A stretch of DNA of 64,000 nt from contig JBLDXI010000004.1 in NCBI GenBank assembly GCA_047495785.1, forward strand, positions 1,178,001 through 1,242,000, given 5' to 3'. The position numbers and the translations under genes were made by a program. Under the pieces are notes generated by a model. The model had not been told where the DNA came from. It did no database searches and saw nothing but the letters and a program-made list of their open reading frames with translations. Of this stretch, positions 1-12,476 are shown piece after piece (the stretch's first letter is position 1; every line of letters starts with the position of its first letter). This stretch comes from Lepidodermella squamata (Eukaryota; Animalia; Gastrotricha).

Positions 1-62
1 ATTCGATGGAATTTTCCAAACATTTTCTTATTTTCTTCTATTTGTGAAATAGTTTTCATTTT

Positions 63-3000
63 ATGATGGCTTGCCATTATTTTACTATGCTGTCAGTTCT
101 CATGATAGCGCTGATGGGCCAGGGAGTGTTAGCAGCGCGATCGCATGTGCGATGCTACTCACAGCTGAACAACCGATTCAAATCCTGCAACGAAGCTTCA
201 CAAGGCTGCGATGCACTCCGCGAGTATCAAGTGAGCTTCATTTTATAATGATATCAGTCCTAAATACTGATTTCCCCAAACAGGATAATCGGGACTTCGC
301 GAACGCGAGTGACTGCAATAAAGGCGTAAGATTTAATTACACATGATCACTGCTGATTCCTTACAACGATTTTTGGGAACAGAGCGTTGTTATGTGCTAC
401 AAATTCGAGGTTCTTACTCCGTGGTGCGTGCCTGGAAACATCGGATGCGACGAGGTGAACGAAATGACGGTATGTTGTTATGAACATTTTTCTGCGAGAT
501 TTTTCGCCTCACCTCCGTTCACGCAAATTTCAGGGCCCTGGAATTTTATGAAGTTCATAGACTCAAATTAAATAAAATCAATCGTTGTCCCATTTTCGGG
601 TTCGATTCGTCGTGAGTTGAGGAGTCCATCCAAGTCCCATAGTCATAGCACTCACACCTGAGAAGCAGTTGAGTCCTTAAGAGTCGGGTCAACCTTAACA
701 AAATGAATCTAACACAAGGAAAAAATCACCCTATTTCGGGCAATAGGTGATGAAAAATCAGCTTGTTAAATCCTCTCAATTAAGGCCTCAATTAGGTGCG
801 AGCATCCTCATTCCCCATTTTTCAAAATTTATCGGAATTCATGCTCAGAAAGTCATTCCATGCTCATGATTTCATTGTGTATTAATTACGAAATTGTTTA
901 GCATAGTGAACTCAGTGATTAATCACATCCATGTTTTTTCTTGGATTGTTATGTGGTGATGGTGTTGCGGTCGAGCGGTCGGTTATTTTTTTAGCTGATT
1001 AATTAGATGGAGATGAATAAAAAATATTCGAAAAAGCTACTACCACAACAAAATTCACCACCTCACCACCACACTATCGACGCAGCAATATAAATGGACT
1101 TCGACCCTGCAAACCCGGCCTACAATATAATATGGCGCTCACTCAAGTCTAACGCATCCCATTTTCACTTGATCAGTGATACTTATTTTAGTTCATTTTG
1201 ACTACATCGTATTGCTATCGATTCAATTTGATTTTCTATTATAAGTGAAAAGTTACACAAGAACCAACAACAATGGGATTTCAGAATTATTTCTAAATTT
1301 TTGGCTCCTTCAGGTGTATACTTTTTGTTCTTGTATTATTGCTCGGAAATTGCGCCCGGGAATAAGAGTAATTTCGAGTTTTGAAATTAAATTACATCGT
1401 TCGAGAAAATAAATTTCAGGCCCGAAATAAATGTCAGATGGCGACAGTACTGACGATCACTAGTAAGATCATTAAGCACTTAAAAAGGTCAGGGACCAAT
1501 TTGTTCGATCAACACACGTAGAATCCCAGGGAAATGTATGACATTTTGGTTACCCAGGCAGTTACTTGTTAGTTCGGATTTCGGATAAATACACCTTTTT
1601 TCTATTGCAATTTCATTATTTTTATTTAAGAAACACGTGTTTATTTTTTCATGATTCTCAGCTTCTTCATTTTATTCATTTTCTTACTTCTGTCTACCTA
1701 AGGATTTACTCGATCTTCGAAGGTTCGCCGTAAGCGATTGCAAGACCTGAATTGGATGAATTTGATATCAAATTGAAGCTAGAGATCTGATCTATCCAAA
1801 TATGCGATCAGATCGACAAAATCATGTGTTTCGCAGAAACTAAGCAGTAAGTAGAATGAACTGCAAATATGTTTTCCTTGTGTAGTTTTTTTATTTTATA
1901 GGTATAAGGCCCCTACCTTCTCCCCAAAAATGAGTAGAACAATCAGGCGAAGGTGATATCTCGAGTAGAAGCGATAGAACCTCGAAAAATTGAGCTTTAG
2001 TAGCATTTAGGGCAATAGCTTACCCGGATGCTGAGTTAGTTATCACAATTATTGCTTTGGTTTTATCATGAAATGATGAAATTAGCGAAGACTAAGAGAC
2101 TAAGTAATGGAATGATTCCTTAGTAGTTATTTGTTGAAAAATAAACATCATTGTAGGTAAAATCAGAATAAACTTTCCGATCAACCAGTCGGCTAAAACG
2201 TTGAATACCTTCAAGAACAAAATGGCACCCAGTATTCTAATGTCACAGCTAGATAGATAAGATCTCTAGCTTCAATTTGATATCAAATTCATCCAATTCG
2301 GGTTTCGTATTCGCATACAGCGAACCTTCGAAGATCGAGTAAATCCTTTGGTAGACAAAAGTAAGGAAATGAATAAAATGAAGAAGCTGAGAATCAAGAA
2401 AAAATAAACACGTGTTTCTGAAATAAAATTAATGAAATTGCAAAAGAAAAAGGGTGTATATGTAAGTCAATTTATGTTAATGTCAGGGGTAAGTTTACAT
2501 AACGTTACATCAACGTTTGAAAAAATAAATGTCATGGTTTTTTTCGGGCAAAACTGTTTATATCAATCTCTTTTTCCAGCTCCTTGAATTTGGGAATTCA
2601 TCATCGAATTACAAGCGATCATTCAGCGAGTGCGAATTGCGAGTAGATCAGTTCGAAGTGAGATTTTTCATATTTCCCTTTTCAAGCGCAACATTCCATC
2701 CTTAGAATCAGCGATTTCGCCGTTGTACTACCAAAAACTCATCGGTTAAACTCAAAACATGCGTACCAGATCCATACTTCTGTCCAAAAGATTGGGTGAG
2801 CTCTCGCATATTCAATTGTGATGGCCATTCAGCAAGGCTGGTTGGTAATCGTTTTCATTTTCTTTTTCGTTTTTCAGAAAACCGAGCCAACTTTCTATGA
2901 GAACCTTAGCTCCTGCATCTCTGATTTACGTAAGTTGACTATAATTCATAAAACCTAAAATTATGGCTATTTCCTGTAAACTGTGAGAATTGTTGAAATT

Positions 3001-5417
3001 TTCATTCACCATTTGTATTTCTTATAATTTCAGGTGTTGTCCCTGTCAGCCAGAAAAAACACATCCGTTGCTTCGATACTAGAACACTTCAGTTCACCGA
3101 CTGTAGGCCGAAAGGATCTGGCTGCTTTGATAACAACGAGACTCTTTATTCTACTGATGTATACATTAACCGCGATAACTGCCTGAAAGGGGTAACATGA
3201 ATGTATCGAAGTGAATTCATTGCTTTACCCTTTACCCGCCCTTTGATACAGAACGCGGTTCAATGCAAAGATGATTCTGGAAGCCAGTCTTGCCACGCAA
3301 TTTGCCCTCAAAACACAACTCAGGTACAACCAATATTTTTTGAATTTGATGAAGATTCCATCGGCGGTTTTTTCTCAATATAGACTAAACTCTACTATTC
3401 GGCGTCGAATTTTCAATCCAACCACGAAGACTGCATCACAGATATCACGGTATTTTTTGCTATTTTGTGCTCATATCGATGCTTTTATGTCCGATGGTTG
3501 AAAATTGGCCCAATTTTAGGTAATTTATAGACGGATGAACAGCTTCGGGAATGTAGATGTTCTTGTTCAGGTTTCAGGTTTTCGGCTCACTAAGGTTTCC
3601 TAATTGTATGCCTTTTTCTTATTTGTTCGAAGTTAATTATCCGAACAAATGATCTGTTCTTGTCATAATAAATAATCACGGCGGCGTAGTTTTCATTAAC
3701 CTTACGCCACGTAGTTTTCTATGCTATTGTAGGTGTCTAACCCAATCTATTATGTTCCACTTGTATTTATAATAAAATCGAGAAAAGCTGGTAATCTTAT
3801 AGGTTATTAGGCTACAATGAAAAATTGATTGATGAACATTGATGAGGAATTTTGATGGCCGGGATTTTCAGAATGTGGCATTAAGTAATTTACCTGTTGA
3901 AAATTCCGGCTGTATTTTGTAAAATCGTTCCATTTGAACGCGCTGTCTAAACCCAGATCGAAGACGATTTATTTCAGATATGTATCAAAGATATTTATTG
4001 TAGCATTATTTTCATCGCAGAAAGGATTTTTTCGATGTGTGGCAAACGTTGATGGTGCAGTTCGATGCGTGTCTAACGTAACGGGTTGCGATGCTGTCAA
4101 GGAGTTGAGAATCCCAATGGATGTCGTTTACCCGAATGTAACCAGCTGCAGGAAAGCCGTTAAGAGGTACTTCAGGATAGGTCCACCACTGAACTGGGAT
4201 CAAGCGACATCACGTTCCGATTTAGTACATGCAATTTTAGCGACAGTGAGGTCGCTTGAAGAGCTCGAGCGACTCCGCAACACTCTCTATGGAGATCATG
4301 GTTCTTGGATTGGCTTGACTCGAGTGAATGGCGTACTGAAGTGGATAGATGGCTCTGATTACACTGGCATGCCGAAATTGGATTACTATGAGGGATACAG
4401 GGATGGGTGCTGTCATATGAATAAAAAAAAAATCGATGAAAACTACGACTTTTCAGTCGGATGTTTCCTCTGTAATGAGGTATTACATACGGCAATTTTC
4501 GAAACATTCAGACCAGAGGAGAAGGTAAGTGTACCTACACTGATGAGTCAACTTTCACTAATAATCGCCCATCTCTAATAGTAGTCCAGGGTTGAGGGGC
4601 CAATTCAAGTAGGAAACATTTCATTTATTTTACAATTACACCTCTTAGTAAACTCCAATTACTATTGACGTCCTCTCGGTATCTCCATTGGCCTCTCGAA
4701 ACGGAGTGAAAGGGGATAAACCAGGGTGCGACTTTCGGGTGGAATTGGGGATTATCCCCCAGCTCGGCCAGACAACAAAGTGAGAATTCATCCCAACTGC
4801 TCCGTCAAATTTGAGGGGGTTTGTAGCGTGTTTAAAGGGAAATTCTTCTTCATTTTCTCTCTCCGCTCACTTTTCAGTTGAATTTTTCCACACTGGAATG
4901 AACACATCAAGAAATGGCAAACCACCCTATTAAGACCATTGTTTGCGAACCCCTTGAGAGAAAAAAATGCTCTGCTTTCCTGAGGGCGGTCTAATTTATA
5001 TTGATCTAGGGTCCGAATGCATTCAGGTTGGTGTCAAACTTCGAAATTCCAAATTTCACACAAGACAGAGCGAGAAAGAAGTGTTTGGTAGGATTTCTCA
5101 CGGACAGCCGATTGGCAACTATTGCTGACGAGGCAGACCGGCAAGGTGTATACACGGCAATGTTAAGATGGAATGTCAGCAGAGCCTACCTCGGCTTGAA
5201 GAAAACCAACGGCCAATGGTTGTGGGGCGATGGAACTCCGTATGTTGGCATTCCACCATGGGCCACAGGCAAGCCGGATGGTGCCAAGTTGGGCTATTGT
5301 GTTGGCCTTGCGACCATCGAATCAGGCTCATTGGTGTTGATGGACGGCTCTTGCGATGAGCCATCTGCCGAGGATGCAGTCTGCGAGTCGAATGTTATTA
5401 ATCCCAATCGGCCATGA
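63..5417 (+). CDS. Paralog 1: secreted protein, signal peptide + six 4-Cys modules + two C-type lectin domains (11 exons)
   Basis: GT-AG exons 63-230, 284-325, 383-469, 2580-2657, 2706-2795, 2878-2929, 3034-3191, 3252-3323, 3384-3449, 4021-4524, 5010-5417 join in frame. CTLD motifs LAT..WIGL..WIDGS..GC and RLAT..YLGL..WGDG..C. AATAAA at 5507. Confidence 0.85.
1592..2456. mobile_element. Non-autonomous DNA transposon with ~205-bp terminal inverted repeats and TA target site (Tc1/mariner-like), in intron 3 of paralog 1
   Basis: 1592-~1797 is the near-perfect reverse complement of ~2253-2456; ends TA|CACC...GGTG|TA; no transposase ORF inside. Confidence 0.75.
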
Positions 5418-6029
5418 TGAGGCCGGGGGACACCAAGAAATGATTGTCGCTATTGTGTGACAGATGAGAGTTGAGCTTATGTTTGCGCGACTGGTGTACC
5501 TAATCCAATAAAAAGATGTGAAGAGCTAATTGTTTTGAAATTTCTTTGTTTTGTGTTATAAAAACACCAACATGTTGCTAAACATCAATAATTTTGCCTG
5601 GTAACAAAATTTCTCGAAGAGCGAAGTACCGCGTGGAATGATGAATGTTATCCGCGCATTATTCTCCAAAGTTTCAGGTCATTTTGTCGAATCTGCGCAA
5701 TTGATGGAACTTCGAAGAATTTTAGATGTTATGGGATCCATATCGCCACGGCTGAAAGGACCAAATTTGCATTCGTGCATCATATTCGTGAATTTTTTTC
5801 CTAGGTTTCTTTCCCCTTTCATCATTTCTGTTGGGGTTTTCGCATTATTCACGAGAATAATATTTTTATTCACAATTCTAACTTCAAACTTCTCATACCG
5901 TTTTCGGTTCGAAAGAGAGCCAAGAATGATCACCGCCCACCCTCTTAGGTGTGGTTCTTTTTCCATTTCTATCATAAACTTCAACCCACTCCATAACCGA
6001 ACGCCGTTAGCTTTTTGGCGGCCGATGAA

Positions 6030-6183
6030 CAGTGCGCGAAGTAAGATCCTCGAACTAGGGGGTATTTCCGGGCTCTAATTTTATCACCAAAGGGTCCCCC
6101 TGTGGATTTTCGGGGTTTTTTTCACTATGGCCTACTGAACTGGGGGTACGATACCCCTCTTTCCCCTCGTACTTCGCGCCCTA
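6030..6183. mobile_element. hAT-type MITE
   Basis: TIRs CAGTGCGCGAAGTA / TACTTCGCGCCCTA; perfect 8-bp TSD CCGATGAA (6022-6029, 6184-6191). Confidence 0.8.
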
Positions 6184-6481
6184 CCGATGAATTTCCCGTC
6201 AGATTTTCTTGGCAACACTTGCCTGCATTAAAATTGTTAACGCTCCACTGCCCCACCTTGTGGTCTTCATCAGTCAATCTTTGGAAAACAAAGCTCCTTT
6301 ATTCCAACTGTTGAAATGCAGTTTGTAGCATCACTCGCGATATCAATACTTAACTAATGTTTTATTCTCAGCATGAACTCTTAATCAAAACGCAAAACGT
6401 TATCACTGCAGTGTGAGTTATTTCTTCCTCATCTTACTATAAAGGCAAATATTCAGTAAGATCTCGTTCTGAGCAGCATTT

Positions 6482-8375
6482 TCATTTTTGACATAGATAG
6501 CCCTCTGCAGAGGACGCGTCGCAAGAGCCATCCTTCAGTTCAAGCGAACCAGACTCAATCGTCGCTAGACCAACGCAATAGCCCAGCTGTTCACCATTCG
6601 GCATGCCTGCAGCCCAAGGCGGAATCCCAGCGTAAACGCTCCCATCACCCCACAGCCACGTGCCATTCACCTTTGAAAGGTCGATGTACACCCAAGACTG
6701 ATGCGATTTTGCAATAGCAGCGTATGCAGCTTGAGCTTCAACCTGACTTTTGATTGTGGCCAATCGAGCGGCTGGAGACCATCTCAAACAGGCGGTTTTC
6801 GCGTTGCTTTGCAAAATAGGACCTTCTCTAGATTGCACATCGAATCCTCGGAAAATCTTGACGCGAATTTCAAAACAAAGAAGATGACTTCTACCGGAAT
6901 TTCAAGGAACTTACAGGGGTTGTAATGTCTGTAAGGCAGTAGCCATGATTTTGTTGAAATATCGACCCGTTTGAATACATTTTTGCCTGCAATAGGATAA
7001 CGAAAAATGAAGAATTTAGCGGACAAATACAATTTACCTGCGTGAATGATTTCGGGCAAATCGAATAGCAAGATTTGTTTCCAGCCGCGTCAAGGCATTG
7101 AACAGCATTCTTCTCAGGACAACATTTTTCAATAAAGCTGACATGAAGTTCCACAAATGATTTACCCCAATCAAACATTTTTCGCGATTCATGTAGACGC
7201 TGGGTGAGTAAAGCTGGGTCTCGGTGTTGGCAAAGCAGCCGATGCTTTGAGGTCGACAGCTGTTGAAAATCCCATTCGAGGAATTGAAACAACGGACGTG
7301 CTGGGTCTCGCTTGTCGGCACAGTCACTGCGAGTAGCAAATTTCGATCATTAGATTTATAGAAGGCTTAAAAACACCCACATTCTCCGTTGGTACACAAT
7401 GTAAGATTCATGTAGACAGTCGATTCAGTTGTCTGGAAATATCATGTATCAGTCATCGGAAATCATGGAAGACAAAAGAAGGCCATCAGTTGGTCATTTG
7501 TTACCCAATTGTTCGGACAAGTGAAATTGTTGGGGACGCATGTCTGGATATCGCCGTTTAACGTACAGCGCCTGAATTGCAGGGTCTAAGAGGGAGAGTT
7601 TAAATATCAAGAAATTTGAATAAATGGCCTTACGCTGAATCCAGCCTTTTTCGCCTCGCAAGCGTTGAAGTTGTATTTGAAGCTCAAAGTTGGCGTTGAA
7701 TTTGCGAACAAGAAAAGCTGATAAACAAATGAAATTAGTCTCATGGTGATCTTTGCTCGCTTAGGCAGAAGAAAATTAGGTACTTACATTCATTTCATCA
7801 TGAGGATTACAGCCAACGTTATTTGGCACGCAGGCCGGAGTCAATGATTCGTATTTGTAGCACATACGAGAATTCTGTTCATAAAGAAATAATAACGCAG
7901 CAAAAGTTTCACGGAGGTTAATTCAAATGCAAACACATCCGAAAATCTCACGAAAACCTCTTGGGAACGCGCCAGGTTTCGTTCATCTTTTGTTTTAAAA
8001 TTGAGAAAAAACATCGGGAATGCAAGCTATCGCGTTTTTTCATTTTTGTTTTTAAGATACAATCTTTTGCGCTTGAGAAATTGTGGAATTAACAACAGAA
8101 ATTCACTTACACCACGATTGCAGCTGCCTTCCCTGGGAAAAACGGGCCCAAGCTGGAGAAGAATTGTTATAAAATTGCCGTAGTCAAATTATTGCTGAAA
8201 TAACTTGAAATTGGGAAAGCGGATCACAAGCTTTAGCTGCTTTGACGCAGGACATGAATTTTGCATTCAACTGCGAGAAGCATCGCACCCAGTTCAGCGA
8301 CTTCTCTTTACTGGAAACTGGGCTGACTAGGGCCACAATGGCCACATACAGTAAAGCAAAGTTGACGGATTTCAT
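6482..8375 (-). CDS. Paralog 2: signal peptide + five 4-Cys modules + one CTLD (type B only), 10 exons
   Basis: MKSVNFALL..WVRCFSQLN start; exons match paralog 1 exons 1-9; 58-nt intron 6857-6914 then in-frame last exon IFRGFDVQSREGP..RLATI..YIDL..WGDG..YLCQK*. Confidence 0.8.
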
Positions 8376-9211
8376 CAGTATCCGAAACTAGTATTGCATA
8401 GAGCGAAGTAGGACCACAACGAGCAAAGGCACGATGGCTCTCCTGATTTCTAGTTGGAAAATAAAATAGCCCTGATCGTTAAACGTAAAAAAAGTTGGAT
8501 TATAAATTCTAGAAAATCACATATTGAATGAAACGGTCGAAAATTGTCATAAATCCAGGCTATTACTGTTTTGCACAAAAAAATTGTCGCGTCCTAATTG
8601 CTATTTCTACTCATGACCTGATTTAGTTGGAGAATTGTCATTTGTGGTTTTGCATTTATCATTTATCAGACTTTCGTGATTAAGGTCCATGTTCTTATTT
8701 TCTCTTGGCACCGAAATTATTGCCCAAGGCTCCGTTTTTGAATTGATGAATCGACTGAGATTTATTTCTAGGGGCCTGATGCTGCATTACTTAGGATTTT
8801 TGATCTATAATTTATCAAGTGATTCCGAATATTCAAACGCATTATCCACCTTTGTTCGGAAGGAATTCTCTCGTCCTAATTCTTTTATTTTCTCGAACAC
8901 CGTCAAATGCTGAACTGATTTGCGCCAATAATTGTCTCACAACTTTTTTTCTCGGATTATTCTGTACTTTTGGCCTTGTGACAATCAGGTCAATATTTTT
9001 ATTTTCACTCGAAAACTCATGCATTGTCCAAGGCATTGTTTCCATTGTGTTTTGATTGCACGCGATTGGTCGCCGCGCTTTTTCACTAATTGGCCAAGTT
9101 TGCTTCAATCAACACACGGCGAAGTTGTGGCCATCCTCAATAGATCATTCATTAAATTTTTAAGCTGATACAAATTCATTTTTATTTTGGAAAGTTTAAA
9201 ATTTACTTCTA

Positions 9212-11745
9212 ATGTTTATCAAGTGTGTCTATCTGCTGTTGGCGATCGCTTTGATCGGCCCAGCCTGTGCTAAGAAGAAGGCGGTTAACTGGGTTCGGTG
9301 CTTTTCTCAGTTGAATGAACAATTCACCAATTGCATCGAAGCTGCCAAAGCCTGTGATCAACTTCTCGATTTTCAGGTTAGTTTCATCTCAAAAAATCAG
9401 TTTTTTTACCGCATTGGTTGTACTTCACAGTTGGGTTCAACTTTCTTCCGAGTTGGCAGCTGCTATCGCGGCGTAAGACAATTTTCTAGTTCATTTATAA
9501 TATAATTTTTCAATGTTATCTTTTAACAGAATGCCCGAATGTGTTACAAATACGAAGCGCTGACACCGTCGTGCGTACCTGGGAATATTAGCTGTAACTC
9601 GCTGGATGAGATGGATGTTAGTGATTGATGAATATCGTCGGCCCTGGTTGACCGCGTTATTCCATTTACGCTTGTAATTTCAGCTCTTCTGGTTCGGAGA
9701 TCAATCGGCGACCTTGACTTTCAAATTCAACTTCAACGCTTGCGTGGCCAAAAAAGCTGCCTTCAACGTAACTGATCTCTAAAAAAGATTCGACACATAT
9801 CAAATTGAACCTTTTTATTCCAGAATCTACCATTCAGGCGCTGCACTTCCAACAACGTCACAAAAACGTGTGTTCCCAATCCTATCAATTGCCCCAACAA
9901 CTGGGTTAGTTTTGTTTTATTTTTCTAATTTTGTAAAACAATTTTAATTTTATTGCTGCTTTTAACAGGTGACTGAACCCACGGTATACCCGAACATGGC
10001 TTTGTGCACCAACGGAGAAGGTAAGCCTTAATTACGTCAAAATCCAGCCACCTCACTTAGCTGCTGGCAAGCCCTAAACTAAATAAATAATCTGTAATTG
10101 AACATCGGCGTAAATTCAGCATTTATTTCTTTCTTCTAGTAACTGTCCCGATCACTGAGACTCCGCACATCCGCTGTTTCGATGCTACGACTGACCAATT
10201 CAACGATTGCCGGCCCCAGAGCAGCGGCTGTTTCAGCAACAACGAGACCCAGAAATACTCGACAAGCGTTTACAACAACCGAGACAACTGTCTCCTTGGG
10301 GTGAGACACTTTTGTTGTTTCTATTTCTTAATGAAAATAGTATTGAACCACTGACAGAAAGCTATTCGGTGCTTGGATTCTGCTGGAAACAAGTCTTGCT
10401 ACGCGATTTGCCCGCGATCTTTCACTCAGGTTAGTTTTCCGAATATCTGTTTTGTCCTAATCACGAATGTTTCAACTCTTTATAGGACACGCTGTATTCA
10501 AACAGTCAAAGTTTCCAAGCCAACCATGACGATTGTCGAGCTGCTTTGGCACCGCCAGTGAGTTCAGTAAAAAATCATCACCGTACTCTACTATATTATT
10601 CAATTGCAGCAGGTTACACCCGGCTATGTTCGCTGTGTTAACAAAAACGCCAGCTCAGTTCGATGCGTGACCAGCACTACAGGTTGCGATGCCGCCACGG
10701 AAGATCGCATCCCGAATTATCGTCGTTTCGACGATCAAGACAAGTGCGCGAAAGCCGTGAAGAGATTTGTCACCCAGCCGACGGGTGCAAACCGCGATGA
10801 AAGCCAAGCGGCTTGCCAATCTATCAACGGCTCGCTGGCTATACTCAAATACGGCTCGTTGCTGAGCGATGACACTAGGCGAGAGCTGGATCTAGCCTTG
10901 AAAACACTGGTTGAAGGCGCGCTGACAGCAAACACCACGATATCTGCTTGGCTGGGTCTCAGCCAGGAGAATGGCGTTTTCGCATGGATAGATGGCTCGA
11001 ACTTCACCTACGACGAGGAGCTGTGGGAGACGCAACCGCAAGATGGCTGTGTTGCCTTCATTCCTACGGCGGATGAGGACGCTTCGCAACAATACGTCTA
11101 TAATTCATTCGCTTGCAGTACCATCATGCCTTATGCCTTATGCGAGAGATACGCGAATGAACCGCCCGTGCGTTTTCTTCTTTGTTCCACGAGTTATTTC
11201 ATACAGTGGGTAGCATAGTTTCCCCTAGATAGGCAATAATAAGAAATATATTTAAATCTTTCATTCTTTTCGATAGAAATCTTTCCACGCTCAGCCTGGT
11301 TTTAGTCCAGACACCCAAACAATCGACACCGCAAGATCAGATTGTAATCAGCTAGCCCCGTTATCGCGATTGGCCATAATAGCGAACTCCACTGAAGCCC
11401 AGGCGGTTCACACGGAGATGTTGGAAAGCGAGGTACTGATAAACGGCGTAAATACAAAGTTTGAACTGTTTACTTTTTTTAAAGTTTGGACCGCTGACCG
11501 AGAGCTACATCGATCTATCGGAGACGAACGGCCAGTGGGTGTGGGGTGATGGCTCGGCCTATGCTGGCGTACCGCCCTGGGCGGCGGGTTCGCCTGACAC
11601 GCAGCTGAATTGCCGAATCGCTATCGCAACCATCGAATCCGGCGCCTTGGTACTGAGGGACAGGCCGTGTGATCAGTTTTATGATGTCAAACTCATGTGT
11701 CAGAGTTACGACTTTTGGCCACCCGTTGATTACGAATGGATTTAG
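9212..11745 (+). CDS. Paralog 3: signal peptide + six 4-Cys modules + two CTLDs (12 exons)
   Basis: Exon-by-exon homology to paralog 1; second CTLD split by intron 11433-11484; stop at 11745, AATAAA at 11829. Confidence 0.85.
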
Positions 11746-12476
11746 AGACAACTGAAAAAATGCAGTACATGTGAGATGGTGAGAGATGATAAAAAGTTGT
11801 ACTGTTGGTTCCTTGGCTGAATTTAAAGAATAAAAATGGAAAAGCGAATCACAGTTTTGATGCTTTGAATTATCCAGATTTCAGGTTCTTACAAACATAT
11901 TCAATGTGCAGATCAATAAATCACCGAAAGAGTCTTAAAATGGCTCTCGAGCGAAAACTGATAGTGACAAGTCAAAAATCTATTGTTTTTGCCTCTTCAT
12001 TCAAGTCGAAAAGTCGCTGTTTACTTGTCACCCATCCGTTGTGACCTTGAAACGGATATAAACAAGCCTAAATCCGAGTTTTTCAACGTCGCTACGGAAA
12101 TATCAAAGTCATATGAGAATTCCGCATGATTTTTAATCGCAAATTACGCTCGGCCAATTGAAAGGCATTTTCCCGTTCGAATCCTCTGTGATCTGAATTG
12201 TGACCTGATTAGCGCCAATAATTGTCGCTCGTCTTTTTCACTTGTATTTTTTGTATTTTTGGACATAAAATAATAAATCAAGGTCAGGTCGAGTGTTATT
12301 ATTGTCACTCGACGCCAAATTTATTGTCCAAAGCATTGCGCTCATTATCTCTGAAAGCGGCGTGCCTCCCAGCTGTGTTTCAGAGACCAATAATTGATTG
12401 ATTCAAAACAGTCCTCGTACATTCCAATTTCCATTCAGAAAATAATTCTAGTTTGGTCGGATTTTCAGTTTTTCTG

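Noticed and set aside
4722-4960. Possible further hAT MITE starting CAGGGTGCGA
   Set aside because: Matching right TIR and TSD could not be identified.
5638-6078. Overlapping 146-aa (+) and 101-aa (-) ORFs between paralogs 1 and 2
   Set aside because: No recognisable motif or splice context; the + ORF runs into a MITE.
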